A stretch of 64,000 nt of DNA from Armatimonadota bacterium (GCA_023511535.1 JAIMBK010000003.1:25471-89470), one strand, 5' to 3'; positions 45,064-54,802 are shown, counted from the first letter of the stretch. The notes: a model not told the origin generated them from the sequence alone. Made by a program: numbers and translations.

Positions 45064-46173
45064 GTGGACGAGCAGTACATGAAGCTGGCTCTGGAGCTGG
45101 CTAAAAAGGCGGAAGGATTCACCAGTCCCAACCCGCTGGTCGGGGCTGTGCTCGTGAAGGATGGAAAGATCGTCGGGACGGGCTACCACGCCCGCGCCGG
45201 CTCGCCCCACGCCGAGATTATGGCCCTGCGGGAAGCCGGGGAAAAAGCGCAGGGGGCCACCCTTTACGTGAACCTGGAACCTTGCTGCCACCACGGGCGC
45301 ACAGGGCCGTGCACGGAGGCGGTCATTGCGGCGAAAATCCGCAAAGTGGTGGTCGCCATGGCGGATCCCAACCCGCTGGTGGCCGGAAAGGGCATTGCGC
45401 GGCTCCGGCAGGCCGGGGTCGAGGTCGCCGTCGGCGTGCTGGAGGCCGAAGCAGGGCGCCTGAATGAAGTTTTCAGCAAGTACATCACCACTCGCCTGCC
45501 TTTTGTTGTGCTGAAGGCGGCCATGAGTTTGGACGGCAAAATCGCCACCCGGCGGGGGGAATCCCGGTGGATTACCTCGGAACAGGCGCGTATCTTCGGG
45601 CATCGCCTGCGCCATCGCTACGATGCAATTTTAGCCGGCGTCGGCACAGTTCTGGCGGACAATCCTTCCCTGACCGCCCGGCTGCCGGAAGGAGGGGGCA
45701 GGGACCCGGTGCGGGTAGTCCTCGACAGCAGCGCCCGCACGCCGACCAGCGCAAAAATAATTAACCAGGCGTCACCTGCCCCCACCCTGATCGCCGCCAC
45801 GCCGAAGGCGCCGGCAGCGCGGGTGGCGGCGCTCAAAGAGGCCGGCGCGGAAGTTTTGGTGCTGCCCCCGGACGAAAAAGGGCGGGTAAATCTGCCGCTG
45901 TTAATGAAGGAACTGGCCGGCCGGGAAATTACCAGCGTGCTCATTGAAGGGGGCGCCGAAGTGCACGCCTCCGCCTTAAACGCCGGAATTGTGGACAAAG
46001 TTGCGTGGTTTATCGCGCCCCGGATCATCGGCGGGAAGGAAGCCCCCGGCCCGGTGGGGGGGCAGGGAGCCGGCCGGCTGGACGAAGCTGTTCCACTGCG
46101 GAACGTATCCGTCCAGCGAATTGGTGAAGATATTTACATTGAAGGATACGTCGAAGGATCCGCCGGACGTTAA
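45064..46173 (+). CDS. ribD: Bifunctional riboflavin deaminase/reductase
   Basis: CMP/dCMP deaminase Zn motif (HAEIMA...PCCHHGRTGPC) plus RibD_C reductase domain. Confidence 0.95.
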   Translation: MDEQYMKLALELAKKAEGFTSPNPLVGAVLVKDGKIVGTGYHARAGSPHAEIMALREAGEKAQGATLYVNLEPCCHHGRTGPCTEAVIAAKIRKVVVAMADPNPLVAGKGIARLRQAGVEVAVGVLEAEAGRLNEVFSKYITTRLPFVVLKAAMSLDGKIATRRGESRWITSEQARIFGHRLRHRYDAILAGVGTVLADNPSLTARLPEGGGRDPVRVVLDSSARTPTSAKIINQASPAPTLIAATPKAPAARVAALKEAGAEVLVLPPDEKGRVNLPLLMKELAGREITSVLIEGGAEVHASALNAGIVDKVAWFIAPRIIGGKEAPGPVGGQGAGRLDEAVPLRNVSVQRIGEDIYIEGYVEGSAGR

Positions 46174-46209
46174 TTTGTTTAATTCGTTTCATTCGGGGAG
46201 AAGAGAAGG

Positions 46210-46860
46210 TTGTTTACCGGCATCGTCGAAGAACTGGGAACACTCCGGCAAATTGTCCGGGGAACCGCCTCGGCCCGTTTAAAAATTGAGGCCCGGCACG
46301 TGCTGGAAGGAACCCGCGCAGGGGACAGCATTGCGGTCAACGGAGTTTGCCTCACCGTTACCGCCCTGGACAAAAACTTTTTCACCGCCGACGTGATGGC
46401 CGAAACCCTGGCCAAAACAAATTTAGGGCAACTGGCGCCCGGCGACCGGGTTAACCTGGAGCGCGCCCTGCGGCTGGACGCCCGCCTGGGCGGGCACCTG
46501 GTGAGCGGCCACATCGACGGCGTGGGAACAATCCTCCGGCGCGAACCGCACGACATCGCCACCCTGCTGACGATCGGCGCCCCTGCCGGGGTAATGCGCT
46601 ACATTATTAAAAAAGGCTCCGTGGCTATTGACGGGATCAGCCTGACGGTGATAGATTTTAATGATAGCAGCTTTCAAGTTTCCCTCATTCCCCATACGGC
46701 CGCCCTGACCACGCTGGGCTTCAAAAGGCCCGGCGACACCGTGAACCTGGAGGCCGACCTCATCGGGAAGTACGTGGAGCGCCTTTTACTCCAGAGGGAA
46801 AACGGCCGCCGGGAAAAGCTGTCCCTGGCCTTTTTGGCCGAACACGGATTTATGGAATAG
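46210..46860 (+). CDS. ribE: Riboflavin synthase
   Basis: MFTGIVEELG N-terminus, duplicated lumazine-binding barrel. TTG start. Confidence 0.95.
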   Translation: MFTGIVEELGTLRQIVRGTASARLKIEARHVLEGTRAGDSIAVNGVCLTVTALDKNFFTADVMAETLAKTNLGQLAPGDRVNLERALRLDARLGGHLVSGHIDGVGTILRREPHDIATLLTIGAPAGVMRYIIKKGSVAIDGISLTVIDFNDSSFQVSLIPHTAALTTLGFKRPGDTVNLEADLIGKYVERLLLQRENGRREKLSLAFLAEHGFME

Positions 46861-46922
46861 GGATTGGGGGTTAGGGATTGGGAATTAGTGTCGCGGGTTA
46901 GGAATTAGGAATTGGGGGATTG
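46858..46922 (-). repeat. Heptamer tracts copy H9 (two blocks; G-rich on the mRNA strand, starting at the ribE stop)
   Basis: + strand reads TAGGGATTGGGGGTTAGGGATTGGGAATTAG (46858-46888) and GGTTAGGAATTAGGAATTGGGGGATTG (46896-46922). Confidence 0.85.
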
Positions 46923-47069
46923 TAGGAGTGGGGACAAGGCGATGAGAACTACCGGCCCGTCGTTCGGTGTGCCGGGAGCGTTGGCGCGGCGGCAAACGAC
47001 CGGCGGGCAAAAGGGTTTTTCGGAGGAGAAGCTGGTTTGAATATTGCGGGAGAGAAAGGAAGTAAGGAC

Positions 47070-48278
47070 ATGGAATTTCGTTTTAGCACCATCGATGAGG
47101 CCATCGAAGATATTCGCGCCGGAAAAATGGTTGTTGTGGTCGATGACGAGGATCGCGAAAACGAAGGGGACCTCATCATGGCCGCGGAAAAGGTCACCCC
47201 GGAAGCAATCAACTTTATGGTTACCCACGCCCGCGGCCTGGTTTGCCTGCCGGTTAACGGGGCGCGGCTGGACGAACTGGATTTGCCCCTGATGGTGACG
47301 CATAATACCGACCCCCACGGCACCGCCTTTACCGTTTCCATCGACCACCGGGACACGACGACAGGCATTTCCGCCCACGAACGGGCCTTTACCATTAAAT
47401 CTATTTTAGACCCGGCCACCCGGCCCGAAGACCTTCGGCGCCCGGGGCATATCTTCCCCCTGCGGGCGAAGGAAGGCGGCGTCTTGCGCCGGGCGGGCCA
47501 TACCGAGGCGACGGTGGATCTGGCGCGGCTGGCGGGTCTTTACCCGGCCGGCGTCTGCTGCGAAATTATGAAGGAAGACGGAACCATGGCCCGGGTGCCC
47601 GAACTGATCGAGTTTTGCCGGCAGCACGGCTTAAAGATGATCACCATCGCGGACCTGATCCAGTACCGGCGGCGCACGGAAAAGCTGATTAAAAAAGTGG
47701 ACGAAGCGAAGCTGCCCACCAGGTTCGGCGAATTTACCGCCGTAGCGTACGAAAGCCTGCTGGACAAAAAAGGTCACCTTGCCCTGGTGAAGGGCGATTT
47801 AACGAGCGTGGAGGCGCCCCTGGTGCGGGTGCACTCCGAATGTCTCACCGGCGACGTTTTTGGCTCTCTGCGCTGCGATTGCGGCGAGCAGCTGAAGCGG
47901 GCCATGGAGATGATTGCAGAAGAAGGCGTGGGCGTTGTTCTGTACATGCGCCAGGAGGGACGCGGCATCGGCCTTTTAAACAAGATCCGGGCCTACAAGC
48001 TCCAGGATCAGGGCAAGGACACCGTCGAGGCAAACGAAGCTTTAGGTTTTCCGCCGGACCTGCGGGATTACGGGATTGGCGCTCAGATTCTGGTGGATCT
48101 CGGTCTGCGAAAGATCCGCATCATGACCAACAATCCACGGAAAATCGCCGGTTTGGAAGGGTACGGGCTGCAGGTTGTAGACCGCGTCCCGATCGAAATT
48201 TCTCCGTGCAAAACCAACCGTTTTTACCTGAGCACGAAGAAGAAAAAGCTCGGGCATTTATTGAACCTCACCGGCTAA
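47070..48278 (+). CDS. ribBA: Bifunctional DHBP synthase / GTP cyclohydrolase II
   Basis: [35 protein letters not shown] and the RibA Zn motif [15 protein letters not shown]. Confidence 0.95.
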   Translation: MEFRFSTIDEAIEDIRAGKMVVVVDDEDRENEGDLIMAAEKVTPEAINFMVTHARGLVCLPVNGARLDELDLPLMVTHNTDPHGTAFTVSIDHRDTTTGISAHERAFTIKSILDPATRPEDLRRPGHIFPLRAKEGGVLRRAGHTEATVDLARLAGLYPAGVCCEIMKEDGTMARVPELIEFCRQHGLKMITIADLIQYRRRTEKLIKKVDEAKLPTRFGEFTAVAYESLLDKKGHLALVKGDLTSVEAPLVRVHSECLTGDVFGSLRCDCGEQLKRAMEMIAEEGVGVVLYMRQEGRGIGLLNKIRAYKLQDQGKDTVEANEALGFPPDLRDYGIGAQILVDLGLRKIRIMTNNPRKIAGLEGYGLQVVDRVPIEISPCKTNRFYLSTKKKKLGHLLNLTG

Positions 48279-48417
48279 GAACGGTCGTCGGAAGTCGGAA
48301 GTCGGACGTTTGAAATAAATCAGTCCGCTGGCGGGTGGGAAGAACCAACGGACCGGACCATTGTTACCCAAACGTTGACTGCCGGCGGCGCCAGTTTAAA
48401 TGAAGGGACAGGAGATT

Positions 48418-48885
48418 ATGGCGAAAGTTTACGAAGGTCATTTATTGGGCGAAGGGTTGCGGTTCGGCCTGGTAGTGGGCCGCTTTAACGAATTCATCAC
48501 CAACCGGCTGCTCAGCGGTGCCCTCGACGCCCTCAAACGCCACGGGGTGGCGGAAGAGGACGTGGAAATAGCCTGGGTGCCGGGCGCCTTTGAGGTTCCC
48601 CTGGCCGCCCGCAAGATGATTGAAAAACGGCGGTTTAACGCGATAATTTGCCTGGGCGCGGTAATCCGCGGCGCCACTCCGCATTTTGAGTATGTGGCCG
48701 CCGAAGTAGCGAAGGGAATCGCCAGAATCAGCATGGAGACCGGCGTGCCGGTGGCGTTCGGCATAATTACCGCCGATACCATCGAGCAGGCCATCGAAAG
48801 GGCGGGCACGAAGGCCGGGAACAAGGGCTGGAGCGCAGCCGTCACGGCCATTGAAATGGCTAATTTACTTAAGAATATGGAGTAA
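48418..48885 (+). CDS. ribH: 6,7-dimethyl-8-ribityllumazine synthase
   Basis: MAKVYEGHL...VVGRFNEFI...VPGAFE... canonical RibH. Confidence 0.95.
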   Translation: MAKVYEGHLLGEGLRFGLVVGRFNEFITNRLLSGALDALKRHGVAEEDVEIAWVPGAFEVPLAARKMIEKRRFNAIICLGAVIRGATPHFEYVAAEVAKGIARISMETGVPVAFGIITADTIEQAIERAGTKAGNKGWSAAVTAIEMANLLKNME

Positions 48886-48919
48886 TAAAAGTTTTCTTTT
48901 CAGGGAGGGCGGGCTCAAA

Positions 48920-49102
48920 ATGACTGAAAAAGAAAAGATTGTGCAGGTCGTTAAGGAACTTCCTGATGATGCGACAATCGAAGAAGCAATGGAGCGTCTC
49001 TATTTGCTTTACAAAATTCAACGCGGTCTTGAGCAGGCAGATGCCGGGCAGAAAGTATCTGCAGAAGAAGCCCGGATACGGTTGGCAAGATGGCTCAGAT
49101 AA
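48920..49102 (+). CDS. Type II antitoxin (small, RelB/ParD-like partner of the ParE toxin)
   Basis: 60-aa acidic protein. ATG 48920 follows GGGAGGG. Its stop overlaps the toxin start by 13 nt. AT-richer than the rib genes. Confidence 0.65.
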   Translation: MTEKEKIVQVVKELPDDATIEEAMERLYLLYKIQRGLEQADAGQKVSAEEARIRLARWLR

Positions 49103-49392
49103 CCTGGACTAAACAGGCGCTTGATGATCTGGATACGATTTGCCTTTATATTGCGAATGATTCTCCTCGTTTTGCGGAATTGTTTGCATTCAAAGTATTT
49201 CAGGCTGTAGAACGTTTAGCTGATTTTCCGTTTTCGGGCCGGGTTGTTCCTGAAATTGAACAAGAAAACATACGGGAAATAGTTATGGGCAATTATAGAA
49301 TTATCTACCGGGCAAGTTATGAGGAAGTTGAAGTATTGACAGTTTACCATAGCGCAAGACTGCTTGATCCCCTTAAGCTGCTTGGAAAATAA
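49090..49392 (+). CDS. Type II toxin, RelE/ParE family
   Basis: 100 aa. WTKQALDDLDTICLYIANDSP...YRIIYR...VEVLTVYHSARLLD matches the ParE-type plasmid-stabilisation toxin pattern. Confidence 0.8.
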   Translation: MAQITWTKQALDDLDTICLYIANDSPRFAELFAFKVFQAVERLADFPFSGRVVPEIEQENIREIVMGNYRIIYRASYEEVEVLTVYHSARLLDPLKLLGK

Positions 49393-49450
49393 ACGAGTTT
49401 TTTTACGGGGCGGGTGAAGAAAAATCAAAACCGTACAGGGCTTACAAGAA

Positions 49451-50455
49451 GTGGCCGGTTTCCAGGTTTCGACCGGCCGGCGCCTTTTTTCGGCGGATGA
49501 AGAAGAGATCCGCCAGGGCTGGACGACCGACATTTATTTTATCAAAACGAGGGAAATCTTGCGCGCCATGGGTTTGCAGGATACTCCGGTGGTTGCGGAA
49601 GTTTTTGCCGGGCGGGCCGGCATCCTGGCGGGAGTTCCGGAAGTAAAAAATCTGCTCGCCGGAACCGGTACGGAAATCTGGGCTTTACCGGAGGGCGAGC
49701 CCTTTGACGAAAAAGAAGTAATTATGCGCCTGGCCGGTCCGTACGATCGCTTCGGCCTTTACGAAACCGCCCTTTTGGGTATCCTGGCCAGTTCCAGCGG
49801 CTGGGCCACCGCCGCCCGGCGCTGCAAAGAGGCCGCCGGAGGGAAAAGGGTCGTTTGTTTCGGCGCCCGTCACGTCCATCCGGCGGTTGCCCCGGTGATG
49901 GAAAGGGCCGCCATCGTGGGCGGGGCCGACGGCGCCAGTTGTATTTTGGGAGCCAAGCTGGCCGGCTGCGAACCTTCCGGGACGGTGCCGCACGCAGTTA
50001 TTTTAATTGTCGGCGATACCCTCGAGGTGGCCCGGGTTTATCAGCGCATCATGCCTCCGGATTCGCCGGTGATTGTGCTGGTGGATACTTTCAAGGACGA
50101 GGCGGAGGAAACCCTGCGGGTGGCGGCGGATCTCAAGGAGAAACTGCAGGGGGTCCGGCTGGACACGCCTAACGAAAGGGGCGGGGTGACCCCGGCGCTG
50201 GTCCGGGAGGTAAGGGCCCGCCTGGACCAGGCGGGCTTCGGGCACGTGCAGATTTTTGTCAGCGGGGGGCTTACTCCCGAGCGGATCAGGGCCCTTAGCG
50301 ACGTCGGCGCCGGCGCTTTCGGCGTAGGCAGCTATATCTCCGCTGCACCGCCCATCGACATGACCATGGACATTAAAGAAGTGAACGGCCGGCCCGTGGC
50401 CAAGCGCGGGCGCATCCCGGGAATCACCCCTGCGCCGCGGCTGAAAAAGCTTTAA
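49451..50455 (+). CDS. Nicotinate phosphoribosyltransferase (archaeal/short type, QPRT-fold)
   Basis: TDIYFIKTREIL N-terminus, GARHVHP and RLDTP motifs typical of the type II PRTase barrel. GTG start. Confidence 0.75.
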   Translation: MAGFQVSTGRRLFSADEEEIRQGWTTDIYFIKTREILRAMGLQDTPVVAEVFAGRAGILAGVPEVKNLLAGTGTEIWALPEGEPFDEKEVIMRLAGPYDRFGLYETALLGILASSSGWATAARRCKEAAGGKRVVCFGARHVHPAVAPVMERAAIVGGADGASCILGAKLAGCEPSGTVPHAVILIVGDTLEVARVYQRIMPPDSPVIVLVDTFKDEAEETLRVAADLKEKLQGVRLDTPNERGGVTPALVREVRARLDQAGFGHVQIFVSGGLTPERIRALSDVGAGAFGVGSYISAAPPIDMTMDIKEVNGRPVAKRGRIPGITPAPRLKKL

Positions 50456-50458
50456 AAA

Positions 50459-50494
50459 GGCACAAAGGCATCAGGCTCAGAAACACAAAGGAAC
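50459..50494. repeat. GGCACAAAG-type repeat (copy K4, left-arm units only)
   Basis: GGCACAAAGGCAtcaggctcagaaACACAAAGGAAC. Confidence 0.6.
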
Positions 50495-50512
50495 AAAAAA
50501 AACCTGCCAAAA

Positions 50513-50551
50513 CGCTTTGCCGGGACTAAGGTACCGGCAAAGCGCTTTTTT
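50513..50551. terminator. Bidirectional terminator between the NAPRTase gene and rpmB
   Basis: CGCTTTGCCGG (50513-50523) / CCGGCAAAGCG (50534-50544) plus T6. An A-run lies upstream. Confidence 0.8.
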
Positions 50552-50586
50552 ATGGCTCAATTTTTTCCTTTATCCTGTTTTAAATT

Positions 50587-50778
50587 TTAAACAGCCCGCT
50601 GCACCTTTCCGCTGCGCAGGCAGCGCGTGCAGACCAGGATTCTTTTCGGCGCGCCGTTGACGATTGCCTTTACCCGTTGCAAATTCGGCGTCCAGGTTCT
50701 TTTTGTCCGGATATGGGAATGGCTTACCTGCATGCCCACCCTGATTCCTTTTCCGCAAATGGCGCATTTTCTGGCCAA
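50587..50778 (-). CDS. rpmB: 50S ribosomal protein L28
   Basis: (M)ARKCAICGKG...SHSHIRTKRTWTPNLQRV. TTG 50778 lies 5 nt after GGAGGTG. Confidence 0.9.
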   Translation of the reverse strand: MARKCAICGKGIRVGMQVSHSHIRTKRTWTPNLQRVKAIVNGAPKRILVCTRCLRSGKVQRAV

Positions 50779-50799
50779 GAAAAACACCTCCTATAAAAA

Positions 50800-50832
50800 C
50801 AGGAATTAGGAATTGGGAATTAGGAATTGGGG
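50800..50832 (-). repeat. Heptamer tract copy H10, 5' of rpmB RBS
   Basis: Minus strand reads CCCCAATTCC TAATTCC CAATTCC TAATTCC TG, then tttttatAGGAGGTG and TTG 50778. Confidence 0.85.
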
Positions 50833-51178
50833 AAAGAAAAAATCACTTTGATATTCTACCAAAAGAAAAAAGGCGGCGCAAGCCACTTTTTTCAAATTAA
50901 AAAGTAAATATGCGGTGAAACCGCTCACCGCAACATTTTAAAATTGGAAATGTGCAAAATAAATTCCCTCCAAAATATGCCTGCCCTAATTCGCCTGTCA
51001 TTAAATGCCTCTCATGCCTGTACGTACCATTTTCTTATTCACACATTCCCAGTGAGATGGAGGAGCGTGCCCCCTTTTTCTAATGATCCGGGCCTTTCTC
51101 GGGTAAAATGTTCTAGTTATAAATTATTTTATTGACGACAATACTAAGACCAGGATAAAGACAAGGAGGTGAAACACG

Positions 51179-51421
51179 ATGGCCTTAGGGCAAAAACGGA
51201 ACACTTTAATTTTCCCGCAGGCTGCTGCCGCGATGGAGCAGTTCAAATGGGAAACCGCCCGCGAACTGGGCGTCCAGGTTCCGCAGGGAGGTTACATGGG
51301 TGATATTCCTTCCCGGGTCAACGGCGCCATCGGCGGCAACATGGTCAGAAAGATGATTGCCGCCTATGAGCAAAGCCTGGCTGCCGGTTCCCAGCCTCCG
51401 ACCCCGCAGGTAACCAGGTAG
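51179..51421 (+). CDS. Alpha/beta-type small acid-soluble spore protein
   Basis: FKWETARELGV...GGYMGDIPSRVNGAIGGNMVRKMI, the canonical SASP motif pair. RBS AAGGAGGTG. Confidence 0.9.
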   Translation: MALGQKRNTLIFPQAAAAMEQFKWETARELGVQVPQGGYMGDIPSRVNGAIGGNMVRKMIAAYEQSLAAGSQPPTPQVTR

Positions 51422-51655
51422 TCAGCGCCCGGACTACTCCTGTCCAGGGAGGTACGGGATGAAGAGCTTTGACACGGGTCCGCGCTGTGTCCCGTGTTCC
51501 CTGCTTACCTCATTAAGGACCTATCCGGGGGCCGTTTAGATTAAAAGCAAAGCCAAATTGAACCGGCCCCCGGTAGACCTTACTAAAAACCAACAAAATC
51601 AGCAGTAATTCCCGGCCGCAAAGCTGTTCGCAAATTCCAGAAAAACAGATACAAT

Positions 51656-52639
51656 TTAGTGCAGATAAAAGTTGTATTCGTCGGGGGTCAGATTTGGGTG
51701 CAGGGCCATGGTTATTCCCCCTGCAACGATTTCAGCGGCCGTATGAATCAAGGTGTCAATTTCTTTGGGTGTTACCGTCAAGTTCCCGCCGAAAGGTTCC
51801 AGCACCCGGTTGATTACTTCCTGGGCCAAACCCGGACTCAATCTCTGAGAAAGCTGGTAGAGTTCGGGGCTTTTCCTTAGCTGCTCCAAAAAGCCGTCGA
51901 GAGTGTCCCGGGCAATCACGGCGGCGTGGGCCACCGTGGGAATCCCGAGGGCAATTACCGGCACCCCCATGGTTTCCCGGTTGATTCCCGCCCGCTGATT
52001 CCCAGTTCCCGACCCGGGGCTGATTCCCGTATCGGCGATCTGGATGGTGGTGCCGATCCGGCTGACGTTGCGGGCGGCCAGGGCGTCGATGGTGATGATC
52101 AGCTCCGGGCGGATTTTTTCCACCACGCCTTTAATGATTTCCGCTGTTTCGATTCCGGTAATGCCCAACACGCCCGGCGCCAGAGCGCTGACCGAACGCA
52201 TTCCTTCTTTTAACGCTTGCGGCGCGTAATTGAACAGGTGCCGCGTAACCACGGTCAGACTGCAGACTTTCGGCCCCAGGGAATCAGGAGTGGCCCGCCA
52301 GTTGCCCAGACCTACCACCAGGATATTAGAGTATTCCGGCAGTTTCACGAACGGTTCCAGGTGCCGGGCGAGGATTTCCGTAATTTCCTGGTGGGCGGGG
52401 GGGTTGTTTTCTCTGATGACGGGGGCTTCAATGGTGATGTAAGTGCCCACGGGTTTACCCATCAGCTTTTCGGCGTAAGGCTCCACTATTTTAACGATGG
52501 TTACTTCCGCATAATCGTATTTTTCCCGGTCCACCTGTACGCCGGGGACTTCCTGCTCCGTTTCTCCCCGGACGATTTCCCTCGCTTCCAGGGCCAGATC
52601 CAGATTGATGCCAAAAGCCCGGCAAAACTCTGTAAACAA
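51656..52639 (-). CDS. gpr: GPR endopeptidase (germination protease)
   Basis: 327 aa. DLALEAREI..., VVGLGNWRATPDSLGP..., DTGISPGSG. The protease that degrades SASPs. TTG start is uncertain. Confidence 0.85.
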   Translation of the reverse strand: MFTEFCRAFGINLDLALEAREIVRGETEQEVPGVQVDREKYDYAEVTIVKIVEPYAEKLMGKPVGTYITIEAPVIRENNPPAHQEITEILARHLEPFVKLPEYSNILVVGLGNWRATPDSLGPKVCSLTVVTRHLFNYAPQALKEGMRSVSALAPGVLGITGIETAEIIKGVVEKIRPELIITIDALAARNVSRIGTTIQIADTGISPGSGTGNQRAGINRETMGVPVIALGIPTVAHAAVIARDTLDGFLEQLRKSPELYQLSQRLSPGLAQEVINRVLEPFGGNLTVTPKEIDTLIHTAAEIVAGGITMALHPNLTPDEYNFYLH

Positions 52640-52899
52640 ATGGTTTTCCCCTTCCCAATTTCTCGTTAATAGCTTTTCCCGGACAAATTTATCTATACGT
52701 GAAAAAATCGATTTTTCGCTTGTATGTGTTTAAGATCCGGTTTTGAAAGAGGGGGTTCACCGCAACGCCGAACCTGGTATTGGCAAGGTGTAGAATATCC
52801 TTAAAGGCAAAATTTTACTTTGCAAAAGGAATGAGGAGGAAAACGTCGAATGGATATAATGACCAGGAACAGAAAAGTACAGGCAGGTGTGGATAAAGC

Positions 52900-53856
52900 A
52901 TGGAACCTACCTTATTTGATTCTCTGTTTTATGCCGAAGAAACTCAAAAGGAGAACACCATTGTTGTCGGTCCCCCGTCTTTACTTTCTAAAATCGATAA
53001 AGAAAAATCGTACATAATTACAGGAAACGCCCTGACAGCGTTAAAGCAATTGCCTGCTGACATCATCCAGACCTGCATTACCTCACCACCTTATTGGGGG
53101 CTTCGCGATTACGGCATCCCAGACCAGATCGGTACGGAAATGGACATCTCCGAATACCTGGATAAGCTGGTCAAGGTTTTCCGAGAGGTAAAGAGGGTCC
53201 TTAAACCCGAAGGCACTTTCTGGTTGAACATAGGCGATGGCTATACGAGCGGGGGGAGGACTTACCGTGCCCCCGACAAAAAAACCGACAACGGCCACAT
53301 CGTGCGCGGGCTGCCTTTCCGGCCTCCTACACCGGCCGGTTTAAAACCAAAGGATCTCCTGGGCCTGCCGTGGCGATTGGCTTTCTTGTTACAAGAAGAT
53401 GGCTGGTATTTAAGGGCAGATATTATCTGGTTTAAGCCTAACATACTACCTGAAAGCGTTAAAGACAGGCCGACCATCGCCCACGAATACGTCTTTTTGC
53501 TCACTAAAAACGAACGTTATTATTATGATTACCAGGCAATTCTTGAGCCAGCAGCTTCCGGTAAAGGTTACCGGAACAAGCGGTCGGTCTGGACCGTGAA
53601 TACCGAACCTTACCCGGAGGCCCATTTCGCGACCTTCCCCCCGGCCCTTGTCCTGCCCTGCATCCTGGCCGGGTCAAAACCAGGTGATCTCGTGCTTGAC
53701 CCCTTCCTGGGTTCGGGTACTACAGGGTTAGTGGCCCTGCAACAAAGGAGGTATTTTATCGGCATCGAACTAAACCCTGAATATTGTACGCTGGCCGAAA
53801 AAAGGCTAATTCCTTACGCCACGATCCTGAAAAACGAAACCGAAACGGAGGCTTGA
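52900..53856 (+). CDS. Beta-class amino DNA methyltransferase (SPPY type; probably N4-cytosine)
   Basis: Motif IV TSPPYWGLRDYG precedes motif I DPFLGSGTTG (beta-class order). ParB-less, about 318 aa. Confidence 0.85.
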   Translation: MEPTLFDSLFYAEETQKENTIVVGPPSLLSKIDKEKSYIITGNALTALKQLPADIIQTCITSPPYWGLRDYGIPDQIGTEMDISEYLDKLVKVFREVKRVLKPEGTFWLNIGDGYTSGGRTYRAPDKKTDNGHIVRGLPFRPPTPAGLKPKDLLGLPWRLAFLLQEDGWYLRADIIWFKPNILPESVKDRPTIAHEYVFLLTKNERYYYDYQAILEPAASGKGYRNKRSVWTVNTEPYPEAHFATFPPALVLPCILAGSKPGDLVLDPFLGSGTTGLVALQQRRYFIGIELNPEYCTLAEKRLIPYATILKNETETEA

Positions 53857-53859
53857 ATT

Positions 53860-54745
53860 GTGGAAACTTTGATTCCCACAAAACAAATGTGGGTAATCAG
53901 CCGCTTAAAGTCCGAGCGTGGAAAAATTCTGCGCGACGCCCTGAGAGAAGCCGTGGGAAAAGTAGGGGTCCAGATTATTGATCGTGAGCTTCACGATATG
54001 GTCAGTGCAGGCGCCCTCAATAAATTGGGCGCGTTCGGCCTGCGCGGAGAAGTCCTTTTTGCCGTACCCTGGCAAAAAAGGTCTGGGTAAGTGGGTTGAA
54101 ATTGAAAAAGGAAAAAGCGAAACTGTTTCGGAAAGCGAAATTCGGGACCTTTGCGCCGCTCTTATCGAGGCGGGAGAACGATTATTGAGCGCGATTAGCA
54201 GCAGGGATAATATCACCGAAGATTTTTTCCACGAACTTGCCCTGTTGACCCTGGGGGCACAATTGGACGGGAGTTACCGGGTAATCGTCGGCCAGAAGGC
54301 GGTAGCCGTTGTTCGGGAGTTAATCGAAAACATCGTTAAGCCAAAAAATCCAAGCGGTTTCCAGGAAAGGGAGAGCGAGATCGAATTCAACAACGCGGCG
54401 GGCCGGCGGGTGAAAATACGTTTCGGCTCCGACCCGGATATACTGGTTAGCGAGCGTTCCGGAAACCAATACCGGCACCTGCTAGCGATAGAAGTAAAAG
54501 GGGGCAGCGACCTTTCTAATATTCACAACAGGTTGGGCGAGGCTGAAAAGAGCCACTTAAAGTTGTCCGCAAGCGGCGTCCTCCGCTGGACTATCATAGG
54601 GGTTCCGGTTGACGAACAAACGGCCCGGATGCGCTCACCGAGTACAAACCGATTTTATGCGATTAGCACTTTGCTTATTGACGGAAGCCAGGAGTACGAA
54701 AGTTTTCGGCGGGAGTTGATTTCAATTCTGGGCCTTCCTGAATAA
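53860..54745 (+). pseudogene. PD-(D/E)xK type II restriction endonuclease candidate, split by a +1 frame change near 54061-54088
   Basis: GTG 53860 follows ACGGAGG, 3 nt after the MTase stop. Frame 1 stops at 54090, and the sequence continues in frame 2 to 54745. Catalytic-like DPDILV...LLAIEVKGG. An A6 run lies at 54074-54079. Confidence 0.55.
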
Positions 54746-54767
54746 ACACCAGTTTTCGCTTTATCCA

Positions 54768-54802
54768 AGCGTTGCTTCCAGGGACAACGCTATTTTTATT
54801 TT
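54768..54802 (+). terminator. Intrinsic terminator after the nuclease gene
   Basis: AGCGTTG / CAACGCT stem followed by ATTTTTATTTT. Confidence 0.75.

Noticed and set aside
46925-47040. Possible FMN (RFN) riboswitch in the ribE-ribBA spacer
   Set aside because: Only short strings resemble RFN (CUACCGGC, CGACCGGCGG, GGAGGAGAAG). I could not find a P1 helix or the P2 GGGUGAAAUUCCC hairpin, and the spacing is too short. I keep it as an open question in the rib finding; a cmsearch with RF00050 would settle it.
48287-48307. Tandem GTCGGAA GTCGGAA GTCGGAC right after the ribBA stop
   Set aside because: Only three units occur, at a single site, and I saw no related copies elsewhere in the window. 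It is probably a trivial local duplication.
50944-51135. 63-aa ORF in the AT-rich region upstream of the SASP gene
   Set aside because: It has no RBS and an odd composition. The region is more likely the promoter/leader of the SASP gene. A sigma-G-like promoter is expected there, but I could not place it confidently.
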